From positions 1,550,001 through 1,614,000 of the forward strand of contig JBLDXI010000007.1 in the NCBI GenBank assembly GCA_047495785.1: a DNA stretch of 64,000 nt, given 5' to 3'. The notes beneath the pieces were generated by a model. It worked only from the letters and a program-made list of their open reading frames with translations, made no database searches and was not told where the DNA came from. The DNA is from Lepidodermella squamata. Taxonomy: Eukaryota; Animalia; Gastrotricha. A program made the translations under genes and the position numbers. Every line of letters begins with the position of its first letter. Positions within the stretch are counted from its first letter, which is position 1. Positions 1 to 12,515 of this stretch are shown piece after piece.

Positions 1-103
1 ACCAAATTATTGAATTCAGTACCAAACATCATTGAATTCCGTACCAAATTATCCCAAACAGTTCCAAATTCCAAATCCCCAATTTGAAGACCCAGTCTTC
101 AAC

Positions 104-161
104 TCTAACCTAACCCTAACCTAACCCTAACCTAACCCTAACCCTAACCCTAACCCTAACC
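104..161 (+). repeat. Interstitial telomere-like tract of mixed CCTAA/CCCTAA units inside a repeat element (1-230) with inverted GTACCAAAT motifs
   Basis: ctaacctaaccctaacctaaccctaac... is directly visible. Left flank has repeated gtaccaaa and right flank has aaatttggtacc. Confidence 0.8.
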
Positions 162-345
162 ACTTAAAAAACGAATAAAATGGTTAGGTATTGAATTAAA
201 TGAAATTTGGTACCGGCGTAAGATTTTCCCTTGAATTTAAAACTTTTTTGAATTTTGAATTTTGAATTTTTTTGAAAATAAATTTGAAATTTGAAATTCA
301 AATTTAATTTAATTTAATTGTTTAATTTAATTAGTATTCCCATTA

Positions 346-1248
346 TCAGAAATACCTACCTAGAAGCTTCTCGTATCTATTCAAGTTTTTCTGATTGATA
401 TAGATGACGAAATATTCGAAACCGATCAATCGATGATACTCAATCCATTCGGGCAGCCGGTCGAAATGATTGTGCGCCGTCATTGTGCAAGCCGCTAGTT
501 TGTACTGCCTGTCTCTTTCCGGCAGGTCAAAATTGCAGACTCGCAAATTTCGCCCGGCTTGGTCGAACTCTGGCCGTTGCGGCGACGTTAAATTTACCAT
601 AAAATAGGACCCATTTCCCGCCGGCTCGTTGATCTCACCGGCAATCGGGCATTTCAAGACGATTGTCCATCTTTCACTGTCGCCGGTTCCATTTCGACCC
701 TTGATACTTTGGCAAGCGCTGTTTGGTCCGTTAGGTAAATGAACAACAAATTTAGTGTCTAGCCAATCGTTGTAGTCTTCGAAGTGATGAGGGGAATCGA
801 ATTTCCAGTTCTTTTTCTTATTATTCTTCGAAGCGCTAACATTGCGTCTAGGATCTTCTTTCAGCTTAGGATCCACCATTAACGCGAGCAAAATAACGTA
901 AAGGAACGTAGCTTCTTCAGGTGATGAGCTGCTGTTTGATGAGATTATTTCGCTTTTCAGGAATAAACTGCCAGGAATGGGCAGTCGGGGAGAAATCATA
1001 TACAGCTGTTTGTCGTTGATATCGTCCTCGAAAGCTTTGCGACATGCTGCAAATTCATCGTTCGATCTGAAACGAGGCGTTGTCAGCCTTTTATTAGGGG
1101 CGGCATCGATCAGCTTCGACCAGTAATTAAAGCGATTGAAATACGCGGAAAGAAAAGGTTGTTGAGAAATGATGACGAGGCATAACAGAGCGGAAATAGT
1201 AAAAAAGATTCCAGTTAATGGCTGAACCTTTTTGGGCTCGAAAGTCAT
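346..1248 (-). CDS. Glycosyltransferase family 92 (DUF23)-like type II membrane protein, first exon; gene probably continues past the left edge
   Basis: N-terminal signal anchor and motif LAACTM...LPEWIEYHRLIGFEYFVIY. GT donor (GTAGGT or GTATTT) just before the apparent stop. Confidence 0.7.
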   Translation of the reverse strand: MTFEPKKVQPLTGIFFTISALLCLVIISQQPFLSAYFNRFNYWSKLIDAAPNKRLTTPRFRSNDEFAACRKAFEDDINDKQLYMISPRLPIPGSLFLKSEIISSNSSSSPEEATFLYVILLALMVDPKLKEDPRRNVSASKNNKKKNWKFDSPHHFEDYNDWLDTKFVVHLPNGPNSACQSIKGRNGTGDSERWTIVLKCPIAGEINEPAGNGSYFMVNLTSPQRPEFDQAGRNLRVCNFDLPERDRQYKLAACTMTAHNHFDRLPEWIEYHRLIGFEYFVIYINQKNLNRYEKLLGRYF

Positions 1249-1325
1249 TCTTGAATTTTCAGTATAAAAGTCTATCTTCCGAAAATCTATCTCAAATTTT
1301 TAACTTGAATTTTTGGCTATAATAC

Positions 1326-1459
1326 CAGGTGTGTAGAATCTGCAGACATTCCCGGCAGGAAACTAAATTTTCCTGCGTTAGGAGGCTTAAAAACTTCCCA
1401 AACTATCACTGAAAAACACAAATTTCCCAGCAGCAAGGCTGTCCGGATCTACACCCCTG
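1326..1459. mobile_element. hAT-like MITE
   Basis: Terminal inverted repeats CAGG(T/G)GTGTAGA and an 8-bp near-TSD TATAATAC/TTTAATAC. Confidence 0.6.
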
Positions 1460-1675
1460 TTTAATACACTGACCGAAAAGGCTCCCATTTATCTTTTCAA
1501 AAAAATGAATGAATTGGCGTTTCGAATTAAGCACGTGCCCATTTGTATTTGTCATGATTTAAGGTGCGAGATTCAGCTTATATTCTACGCATCACAGTAG
1601 ATGGCGACAATTCATAACAAAAATTCAAGCTAAAATCACCATTAATAATTTTGTCCACAATTAGGTTCAGAATTA

Positions 1676-1930
1676 TACTTTAGTGTCCTGGCGCTAAATG
1701 TTTCTGATTCTGGCGATTTCAGCTTTTTTCGTTTGTTCATCGACACTGATGCCCTCCCTGAACCTTGGATTTTGTATTTTCGCTAAATGGTACCCTAAGC
1801 TCAGATATAAGTATATCGGAAAAATCACTGATTTGCAAAATCGATATTCGATACTGGGAATCGATATTTACGAATTGGGGGAATCTAGCACTGAAGTATC
1901 AAATTTAGGGTTGGATAAACCTTATAATTT
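1676..1930 (+). repeat. Dispersed repeat family, copy 1 (others at 25866-26170 and 28257-28425, inverted)
   Basis: Shared core atatcg(g)aaaaatcactgattt...aatcgata seen in all three copies. Confidence 0.6.
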
Positions 1931-2273
1931 AGGATGCGTACTTGGCACATGGTCCGATTTCTACCTCCAGGCTTATTCAGCTAGCTTTATTTTCTGTAAG
2001 ATACCGATTCCTCAAGGTTCAGTGACAGCTAAGCAAAACCGAAACTTCCAACCTTGAAAACCGTTCGCCAATCGACACTTTTTTATTCAAAAATTGTTGG
2101 AACAACAGTACAACAATAACAAGATCATGAATTCGCGAGGTTGAGGTAGCAATATAATTTTAAATGATAATAATATAACATCAACATTGAATTCCGCCAA
2201 TATCACTTCGATTTAATTTCGTTGCGCTCTGTTGATTCTATAATTAGGCTATTCAATCGTAGATATTTAGAAG

Positions 2274-5200
2274 TTAGCTCAGCGTGTTGTTATTTTTATC
2301 GAGCGGTTGCCGAGAATAGATCGGGCACAGCCTGGAGCCGCAACACCTGACTTGGGCCAGAGTCGCCGGCTGAACCCAATGCTGAACGCCGCCGCTGCAG
2401 TAGACCATCAACTCGCCGATGGGTATCGATTTCTGGCGGCTCAGCGACCGTTGCGGAACAATTTCGCCGGCCGTGCAGTTTTCGCGCTTGAAATTGTAAA
2501 TTTGCGCGCCGCAACAGCCCCAACTTAACAGATCGCGGGGAGATAGTTTGTAGCGATAGATTTCGCAGACGACGTACTGCGGACCGTTCGGGCCAGCCGA
2601 CATGTCCGGTAGATCGAACATTTCTTCCTTAGTTGCCTTTGACGCGTAAGATACGTCGGACCATAATTCGGGCTGACGCGGCTGAAAATAACAAAAATCG
2701 TTCAGTTTAGCCGGAAAAATTAGCGCGCGAAAAAATAGCTCACAAAATATATCAGAATATTTTTCCGCGGAACTAAATTTGCCTGTATTTGCACTGTAGC
2801 GGAACCAAATATCAAATATTAACACCTCAAAAATGAGTCATTTTTGAATATTTTTTTAATCATGGCCCTCTGCAAGTGATTAAACAGAAAATCGCGGAGA
2901 ATTTTAACATATTTTTTTTTTATAAATCGTGGAATTTCACGATTTTCGGAAAAGGCAGTTTTGGGCGAATTAATTATTTAAAAATTTGGTCCCGCTTAAA
3001 GTATAATCCGAAAACCATTAACCGTGTAAATTTTTGCTTCGAAATAAACAAAATTTGAAAATTAAACTTGAATAAATCACTTTCACTCAAATTCAATTTC
3101 AAAATTGATCAAATAAATTGAAAAATAAATTTACATGTTTGCCTCAATTTCATTGTTCGATTTGGAAATTTGGCAGATCCGTTATCTTCTAATACCAACA
3201 TTACAGGGGAAAAAAATCAATAAAAAAGGTTCCATAATTGCAAGAAAAACTAAAATTAAAAAATAAAGAGTCTCGTTCCTATATAATTTCGTAAAAATAA
3301 TTTAAAAAAAATAGAAAAGAAAATTAGTGTGATTTCTCAAAAAAATTGCGCAATAAACTATAGACAGGTGTATATTTGCAACACCATGCGTTATAGCTTC
3401 CCTAACTCACATTGAGCCATAATTGCTGGATCTAAAGTCCGAAAAACAATTCATAATTTTACCTGACTCCTGATTCTATAGCCTCATTTTCGACTAAAAC
3501 TATGCGTATATTAATTTGACTCACCAATCCCATGGAACAGACGTATTTCGTCGAATCGTAAAATGTCCCGTTGCAGCAGCGTAAAGCGTTCGGTCCAAAG
3601 TACAGCTTCCCGCCGCACGTGATATGCGTCAGGCGTTCGGCCGGGGTGAGTGGCGGTGAGCCGGGGTGAAGCGGCGAAACAGCGCCGTTGTTACACGCCT
3701 CAAATCGCATATCGAACGAATTCTCGGCGCAGCACGACAGCAACTTGAAAGAATTGCGATAGACAGCTCCGTTATCACAGCATAGAAAACCGGCCGGGCA
3801 AATGGAACCGCCGTCCGGCAGCGGCCCGTAAACTGTTGGCTGGGGGTTCGAAAGCGGCAAAACTAGCTCAGAGGCCTGCTGCTGAGAACCTGGCACTGGC
3901 AATACCGGTGCTAATTGCTGGGCCAATTTCATTCCAGGCTGGAAGATGTTACCAGGCAGAATCGACCCGCCCGGCCTCGCATTTCGGGTTGCTTGAACCT
4001 TAGGCTCAGCTTGTTTCAGGTCGATAATCGGTGGCGAATTGACGTTATCATTCGTAACTCTCGTGTCTGATTGGTAGTAGAAGGAGGGTTGCTGGAAAGG
4101 TTCCTGGGGGAATAGCTCATCAGTAATCCCATTGAAAAATCCATTGCCTGCATTTCGATCTGTAAAAAAAGTAATCGATTATAAAATTAAGGCGGCTGGA
4201 ATATTTCTTTGAGCCTATTTTTCATCTAATACCGTCAGTTGGGGCTATCCGGACGGCGAAAAAAAATTACCCCCTGATTTTTTTGCATTTTTACACGTTT
4301 CAGAAGGTCCTGATTCCAATGGAACCAGGATTCCGAATAGCCCCACGGATGGGGCTATTCGGACAGGTGTGGGGCTATTAATGATACATAAATATTCAAT
4401 TCAAATATTACTAATATGCTGTGTTCAGTGGTCGAGTGGCTTGGGATGTGCTTCTAGAAAGCATAGCAAAGTACGAAAGCAGGGTTCGAGTCCACGCCGC
4501 GGAGCAATTTTTTTCCGCAACATTTTTTTATTATCATTTTTATGCCCAAGAATTTGAGCAAACTAAAACACTGATTTTTAGTTGAATTATTTGTCAATTA
4601 TAGTCGTAATTAATTAATTGGCACTGTCGTATGACACCAGTAAATTAGTCTTCTCTTAGTCTTTCCAGCTCATTCAAAAATTAAAATGGAAATGAAGTTA
4701 AAGTCCGCATTAATCAGTAAGAAACCTTTGAAGAACGCAGTTCATTAGCATATTCAAATGGCAGACCGAATAGCCCCACAACATCATTTTTTCGAGGGGC
4801 TAAAAGGACGCAATTAATTAGACAAAAGTACGAGTCGGATCGGGGCGTTTTTAATTTTCATGGGTGCCCTAGCGTCTGTAGATTCAGGAAAAATTGGGCG
4901 CAGGTCCAGCAAAATTCTCTTCGGGTCCAGGTAATTCAACGCAGAACAGTGCTTAAACTGAGTCAAACTTACACCTGAAAGGTAAGGCCATATCTTTACA
5001 ACCACTTACTCTCAGGCCATGAAATTTTTATAGCATATGGGTCGTCTTTCCACCTAACTCCGTGCAAAATTTCACTGCCAACGGCCGGGTAGTTTTTGAG
5101 CCATGCTCATTCTCCCGTTTTCATGAACATTCGTCCGAATAGCCCCACTGACCCAGATTACCCCAAGTGACGGTAATGAACCAAAATTAATTTTGAGGAA

Positions 5201-5421
5201 ATTATATAGACAATAAATGATCTAGTGATCTCGAATGATGTTGAAGCTTACTCTTAAAAAAGAGTTCTGGATTGTACGGAGGACCTTGGAAAATATCATT
5301 TCACAGCAATATTGGAAAATGAAACTGTTAGCTTCATATTATAAGCAATAAACTCACCCCAGAAAAATGCAGAGGCTTGAGCTATCAGCTGATAGCTGAA
5401 GACGAACAGCGAATATTTCAT
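2274..5421 (-). CDS. Secreted galaxin-like dicysteine-repeat protein (exons about 5358-5421, 3525-4159, 2274-2681; small exons between are uncertain)
   Basis: Signal peptide MKYSLFVFSYQLIAQASA spliced in frame to an open exon. Repeated CC motifs: LCCDNG, SCCAEN, RCCNGTFYD, GCCGAQIYN, RCCGSR. Confidence 0.65.
4232..5173. mobile_element. TA-flanked Tc1/mariner-pogo-type non-autonomous element (MITE) in an intron
   Basis: TA|CCGTCAGTTGGGG ... CCCCAAGTGACGG|TA, with internal ggggctattcggac/gaatagcccc repeats. Confidence 0.75.
4422..4514 (+). pseudogene. tRNA-derived (Leu-like) Pol III head or SINE-like sequence inside the MITE
   Basis: A-box TGGTCGAGTGG, B-box GGTTCGAGTCC, stem GTGCT/AGCAT around loop TCTAGAA, T-run terminator. 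Confidence 0.5.
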
Positions 5422-7125
5422 AATTCAATAAATAATATCCACCTGAAAAATGAGGTTGAAGTTAATTTTTCGCGAGGTTATGATTATATCAGTTTTTCCG
5501 GGAACATATCATCGCCGCGCTATTGTTATCTTTGTTTGTTGTAGTAAATTGCTACCATTCATCATCGCCGTTTTAATATACCTTGCGCATATGCAAAACA
5601 TTTAAGGATCCTGTTTATGATATATATAACCGCAAGTTTTTAAATTGAGCTACCTTAAACACGAGTGTATAATAAAAACGCGTTGCGAGCGCAGGCAGCG
5701 GCGGTGGCGCAAAAAATCAAGTGGTGCAGTGGTTGAAAAATAATAACGAGAATCTCGGCAAGAAAATGCTAGAACACTTGTAACCTGACCGCGCGCGCGC
5801 ATCTAGCAATAATAATAAATGATGATACTAAAAGCGGCTCGTAATAATGCTGCACAGGTCAGCAAGTGCGTCGCCAGATTTTCATCATATAACGCGCGAT
5901 TAAATAATATCATGAAAATAAGATTTTAAAAAGTTGAAAACGACACGTTGCTCGCGTTGCGTGTTACGCGCGCCGTTATTTATGCATTTTTTTAATGAAA
6001 TTTTTCGCCCGCTTTTTGAGATTGAACAAGCAGCCTGATGTAAGATGAGAGATAAAACACAAGTATCACTTAATGCAGCCATTTTCCTAACCCCCACCCC
6101 TGCTAGAATTGTGCCGGCTATTGGTGAGGGTAGACGTGAACAAAATAATGTCAAAAGGCCTATTTTTAAACGATCAACATGTTATATCATTGTTGGATGC
6201 CTTTTGATTGTTGGGCAAAAACAATGCGATTATCACTCTAAACCAACTTTTTCTCAACAGGCCGCTAAAAAGCTGCGATGCAATTTTGTTTAAAAATGAC
6301 CCTCCTTTCAACTTGAAAAACAAAAAGGCGATAAATCAAGCATGATTATATTCATAAAAACAAACGAAGCATCACCTCGTCTTATTCATACGCCGCAGAA
6401 AAATAGCGAAATTGCAGTGCGAAACGTTGAAATTTATAATGCGCACCTTTTTTTAGTTTAAAGGCATTGAGCTAAATTGCGGCCAGGCGCGATAATAACA
6501 ACCATCAGAGGCGAGCGGTCACGCAGAAAATACCTGTTTATTCAAAGGCCGAGTTATTGCTTATTTTTTTCTATAATATTTTTACGCGCCCTCCTGCGCT
6601 TAAATGAGTATTTCCGTTATTCTCGCGCTCGCCTTTTCATAAGCGCAAGTTGATTATATTGGAACATTTCCGTCTGATCGCGCGTGAAAAAAATGTCAAA
6701 TATTTTGTTCCGGCTGTGAAGTATTATTTTCTTGAAACTTGTTTATCAATCAAGTCAACACAACAAAACTTGCGTGATTATTCGCTCGCAAAAGTCACCT
6801 TTTGATGTATTTTTGTCCCAAAACCTCTCAATTCAGTTTATTATTGCTCGAACATCATGAGTTTTTGCAACTAAACAACCATAAAATTGCACAATAAAAT
6901 CAGGCCATATTACACTATATAAGTATATTATGTAGAAACTAATAGAAGGTCGAGAAGTTGTTCAGGTAAATAAAAATTAAGGTGATACAGAGGTAGTATT
7001 TTACCAAAATTAATTCTCATAAAATTTAAAACCGTCGTTAATTTATATACCAATAATACCCGCAATAAATAGAAGTTCTCATGTGATTGTCGAATTTAAA
7101 AAAAAAATTAAGGAAGATTGGTGGT

Positions 7126-8717
7126 TCAAGCTGTTTGGCGCGGCAGGTAGCAAACCAGGGTGGCAACAGCTGCAATGGTAAATAACACGAAAAACAGTCT
7201 GTTGAGTACGATTGCGATCAATTTGCCATCGCTGAGTCCGTCCAGACAACACTTCTTCGTAACAACAACGGGTTCTTCATCGGCCGATTTTATGAACGAA
7301 GTTTCAGCGCCATCAGCAGCCACTGCCGTTGCCCCAGCCTGAGCAGCCGGCTTCTTCCCAATTTTACCGAGGAAGGAACACAGGAAAATCGAGCCCAAAA
7401 TATCGATAAAAATCTGGAATAAATTACGTAAATTTTTTTTAATTTTTCGACTAAAATTCCCACCTTTTTCACGATAGCCGGGGCTTCGCCGGAGCAGGCG
7501 TACGAGTCGCGGATTAAGGCGCTGAAGAAGGCTGAGAAAGCAGCTAACAGACTGCCAAGGCAGAAGCACATGACGATTTTCGGGGCGCCGTTCGACGCAT
7601 TTTTAGCCGCCGAACCAACCATATCGGACATGACGAAGGCATAAAGGAAGAAGGCTATGAAAACAGCGCTGGCTACCAGTACTTTCGATTTCGAATTTGC
7701 GGGCAGCAAAAATGGCACAACGGTTAGAAGGACTAACAAGACCACCGGCTACAAATTATGTCAACAAAAATTAAATTTTCGAGAAAAATTATTCTAGTTA
7801 CCCAAAGAAGAATTCTTTGATAGAATTCGATATTGCCTCGTCGCAATTTCAGCGTGTAAGTTAGGTCGGAGAAGGGAGTATCCGGGCAGCAGGAATAATA
7901 GGCAACATTTTTTCTGGCCCAATGTCCGACTAATTCCCAACGTTGCGAGGCGATGTACGGCGTGAGGGAGATGTCAGCAATGTCGTCCGAAAACGAGGGG
8001 TCAAATGCCTTGGCTTCCCAGGCCCATGAACCGAATTTGAACGAACATTGCGGCTCGTCGTACGGGAAATTGGTCGAGTCGAAGTGATCGTCGCATTGGC
8101 TCTTGTAGACATTAGGCGGGATCCAGATGACAGTTCCATCTGAGTGGACCCACGCCATGGCTACGGCATCATCTGAATCTCGCATAGTAGTCTGATCATC
8201 CAAGCTGCGGAAATTATTTCAATTTTAGCTAAATTTATCCAATTTTATCGATTATTACTTGTTGTATAGGATGAAATCAGGCTTCCAGATCGAATTGACC
8301 GGAACGCGGACGGTTTTGATACCTCCGAAGTCACGCGGGTTCCAGGTAAGGAACGGGTCCTTCCACTTGTGGCGAGACCAAATAACTGAAGATAACGCTT
8401 GCTCATCCTCGTTCAAATCGATGATTTTCACCAGTGATAGCGTGAATTCAAGTCGAAAAGTATCGTTACTGAAATATTGATAAAATTAATTGAAATTAAT
8501 TAATATTTAAAAAATTACTGAAATAATAGAGGCCGACCAGATCGGCCAATTTTTAGGTATTGCCCATGAATGCGTTGAATTAGCTGTTTTTCGTAAGGAA
8601 TTTCTGCGAGAATTGTGAAAATTAGAACAAATTATTATTTAAGCTTGGAAATTTACCTGGAATACTTTCAGAACTTGCGAAAATCGGTAGTATAAAAAGC
8701 GGTATAATTAAGCGCAT
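7126..8717 (-). CDS. Divergent nicotinic acetylcholine receptor alpha-type (Cys-loop) subunit, about 6 exons
   Basis: Signal peptide, WKPDFILYN, GTVIWIPP, FPYDEPQCSFKFGSW, loop C YYSCC, four TM segments ending in LNRLFFVLF. Confidence 0.85.
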
Positions 8718-10001
8718 TTTCTCCTAAATAATAAGGTGGCTGTTTTAGTGATAATGAGCAGCGATAATGAGGGAGAAATAAAGCCGGCCACGTGCGCGGG
8801 AGTCATGAAGCTGGCTGGTTCTTCGCGTCTGGGTCAGGCAAGCAATAAAAATATTAGTGTGGCCGAATTAGGCGGCTGTGTCTTGTGCAAAACACGTCGA
8901 GATGGCCGCGGCAATCGCACACACTTCGCCGGCACTTGTCTCCTGTGTTTATCGTTTGTTCAGCTGTGTATAATTGGCCCCGTGTTCTGCACATCAGAAA
9001 AACTGTGGGCGCGCGCGCTCGCTCGCGTTTGTTTTTAGCGCTTCTCCTCAAGCCAAGCAAATAATACCAACCGCAAGCCGGTAGCCTAGGTAAATGCGGT
9101 TAATAACCCGCGTAATTATAGCCGGTGGGTCGGCTGGATTAAACACCGAGCCTGTTGATGACGGACGGGCGGGGCTGAGACAACCTCTTGACAAGCCGTC
9201 GCGTTGTTCAGGCCTTTGTCTCAGTTGTAAAACAAGTCGCGTTGCGATTATTTGCCAGCAGCCATCGAACCTCCTTAAAACAGCTGAGATGACCGGTAAA
9301 AATGTCATCTTTCAGCAAATAACCCTCTCGAGTGTTGTATTTACATTCAGCAGCGTTAAATAACACATATCAGCTGTGCTTCGCGAGAGATATCGCCTTT
9401 TTATAACTCGCCTTGACATCATGGCCTATTACTGAGTGAGTGAGAACATGCAGAATTTAATAAAAATCAACGTGAGTAAACAAAATTTTAATAAAATCAA
9501 CCTTAAAAAAGTTGTGCGCGCGCGCTTAAAATCGAAAACCAGTGCGCGGAACGCAACAATAGTGTGCGCTAATAGATTTTGTCACCTCTACTTGATGTAA
9601 ATATAAAATATCAATGCGCAGCCGTTTTTCCGATTAATTTCACGTCATCATCATCATCATCATTGAGCTTTCATTATACAATTTTAAAAGCAAATATTCG
9701 CCGTGATGTGCAATAAATTGTTAAAAAAAAACTTGTCACTTGCGCTATTGCTTTGAGGTCACCGCCGCAGTTTTTTCACCTCTCGAATGTCGCAGCTGAA
9801 TTTTTTGATTGAAGCGACGCGTCGGGACTGAGTGCACTGGATAAAAAGAGCCGCTGTGAATGCCGATCTCCCGCCGGGCCTTGGTTACCTATGAAAAGCA
9901 GAAGCCGCGCTAAAATGTGTCTCTCTTGAGAGGTATTAGCTCTCAACTGTACAAAGAGTGAAAAGAAATCAGGCAGTTTACAAGTTTCGAGGCTAAGAAA
10001 A

Positions 10002-11438
10002 ATGGCGGCTTTGAATAAATTCGCATCGAAACGGGTGTCGTCTGGAACCCGGTACCTGACTGGTGACGGATCAGGGCGATACAACGAACACCCCTTGTTC
10101 ACCCTTGGTATGCCAAGCATGCCGGCGCCGAGGCAAAAAACTACAGTGCCGTCAACCTCCTTGCCTCAACAATCGCTTGTAAGTAAAAGCAAAAAAATGT
10201 TATATTGAAACAATAGGTGGCAAAAATTTTGTGAGAAATGCTGCTAATTACAATGTTTTATGCTTTTTACACCTCGAACCGCCCACTTCCTGCTTTAGTT
10301 CGTATCACCTGAGTAACAAGACGAGAAAATTTCTTTGAAGAGCCCTCTCCATTTCTTTAACTCGAGTGGGACATTGAGAGAAATTTTCTTTTTAAGGCTG
10401 CCATGGGCGGAATTTTCTACGGCTATCACGACCCGGTTCCAGTGAACAATCTACCGGCCCCGAACAAATTTTCATTGCGAAATGAACGATCACGTGAGGA
10501 CGATCTCGAGCTGGCCAATCCATCGAAAACTCTGCCTTTAAGGCCGGTCGACGAAGGAGCTGGTAGGGTGTCTAAAACAGCCCGTTTCGCCCGGGAAAAT
10601 CCGAAAATCATCGAAAGCCTGAAAATTGTTCGAAAAAATTTATCGGCTCGGTTAGAAGAGGCGGAACGAGAATTTCGACGGCTTGACGAAGTCAACTGCC
10701 AGCGAATTAACCACGAAATTTTTATCGAAATGCTTCGCAGGTGAATTTTGAAATTCAAATTTTTTTGAAATAATTTGAATTTTTTAGAATGAATGCTCGC
10801 GAGAGTATTTACGATGGCGAGGGTGGTATTTGCGAGCCGGATGAAGAAATTATCGAGGCGTTGTGGCTGGTTTTACGCAAAACAACATCAGGCTGGGTTC
10901 ATTTCCACGAGTACCAGCGTTTCATCGCCGGCGTTGTTCCCGCGTCATCGATGCGCTTCCGCCGACCGGAAAAGGGCGATTCGAACTTTTTCGTGCGTTC
11001 AAAGCGGCTAAACAGCGAGAAGGAGTTGATGGAAAATTCACTGAAGCAGAAACTTGAACACAGGCTGGACGATGTTATATCGGAGATGGTTGCTTTTGAT
11101 AAAACAAATACCGGCCGGATTCCGGAGAAGGCTTTCAAATCTATCTTAGCAGAGTTACAGCCCGAATTTAGCAATGCCGATTTAAGAATGTTGGCGAAAC
11201 GTTACGCTTGTCCTACCAACGAATCGTAATTATTTTAAGGTATAATTTTTATTTTTATTTTTTATTTATTTTTTTTTGCAGAATGGTGAATTATTACGAA
11301 TTTTTGAAGCCGATCGCTATGCCGCACCTGGTCAAGTGGGAAATGAAGCACGTTGTGAATAATTCTCGGCCGCCGGTCGTAAAAAGTGCCCTAGCGGCGC
11401 CAGCACTTCCTCGTCATCCAATCGACAATCTCTGGTAG
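10002..11438 (+). CDS. EF-hand domain protein (EFCAB6-like), 4 exons (10002-10178, 10398-10740, 10789-11225, 11283-11438)
   Basis: FDKTNTGRIPEKAFKSIL...MVNYYEFLK EF-hand pair with consistent GT-AG junctions. Confidence 0.6.
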
Positions 11439-12324
11439 ATGAAACTATGGCCACTCGGTTCAATCTTTTCGATCCCGATGCTGTTTTTTATTTTAACCTA
11501 ATACCCATCAACATCTCACATTTTCAATTGACTACCCATTGATAGCTTAGTCATTTCATTATTTCAGTCACGTGGAAAATGAAATAAATGATCAAATGGC
11601 AGCATTAGTTTAGTATAAACATTTCATCACATGTCCGCTTACTTTTGCTTCTGCGCACAAAATTAAGGAAATGATCACAGAATCATGGACCTCAGGTAGA
11701 ACAAGACCAGCGATTTTGGTTTTCAAATTCGATTCAAGCATCATCGGTAAATTTCGAAGCCAGAGCTAAAAAAAAACTCAAATTTTGACAGGTGGATTGA
11801 TTGCACAATTTTTTATACGAAAATGAAACCAACAACTTAGATCCAGGAATTTTCCTCGGGGTCTCAAAAGCGCATATTCAAGTTAAAGTGCGGCGTTTTG
11901 AAGTACAAAAGGGGCTTCAATAATAGTTTTGACTTCAATAAATTACCTTTGAATCGCAATAAATTGGATTTTCCTAATAGACTGCTCTAATATAGAGCAT
12001 GAAACTGGGCCAATGCTGATAATTATGCAAATTTCCCCTTCTTTTTTAGCGCTCACCTTTTGGCTAATTGTTTGTAATGAGCGTCTTAAATATTATTGAT
12101 CGAAATCATATAATAAAAAATGACTTGGAACGCATGCGCGATGAATCATCGCTCTAATCAAGTCGCTCATACAAAAAGAGGCTTCCTTACCAGCTAGAAG
12201 ACCACCTTTGTACACCTTTGTACACCTACCAGTTAAAGGAAGCCTTTCGCTAAATTAAGCTCAAGTATAAAGATTTTTATTTATGTGCCCGCATTTTTTA
12301 TTTTACTGAAATTAACAATTGTCT

Positions 12325-12515
12325 ACAAGCGGTGGCTACAAAAAGCCGCAGGGGGCAAAGTTCATTTATTGGAGTGCGCCTCAATTTAGACAAGAATTTC
12401 TTGAAATTCAAGATATTCCTCGGCTAGGATATAATGCTAGATATTTTTTTCTCTTAATTGATGCGCACTCCAATCAGTGAACTTCGCCCCCTGCGGCTTT
12501 TTGTGGCCGCCCTGT
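12325..12515. mobile_element. About 190-bp foldback MITE with ~60-bp inverted arms
   Basis: ggctacaaaaagccgcagggggcaaagttcatttattggagtgcgcctcaatt pairs with aattgatgcgcactccaatcagtgaacttcgccccctgcggctttttgtggcc. Confidence 0.75.

Noticed and set aside
4451-4460. Amber-suppressor (CTA) anticodon in the tRNA-like unit
   Set aside because: The best stem places TAG, not CTA, at positions 34-36, and the cloverleaf is degenerate.
9884-9897. RFX X-box-like GTTACCTATGAAAA upstream of the EF-hand gene
   Set aside because: The second half-site lacks the conserved AAC, which is too weak to call.
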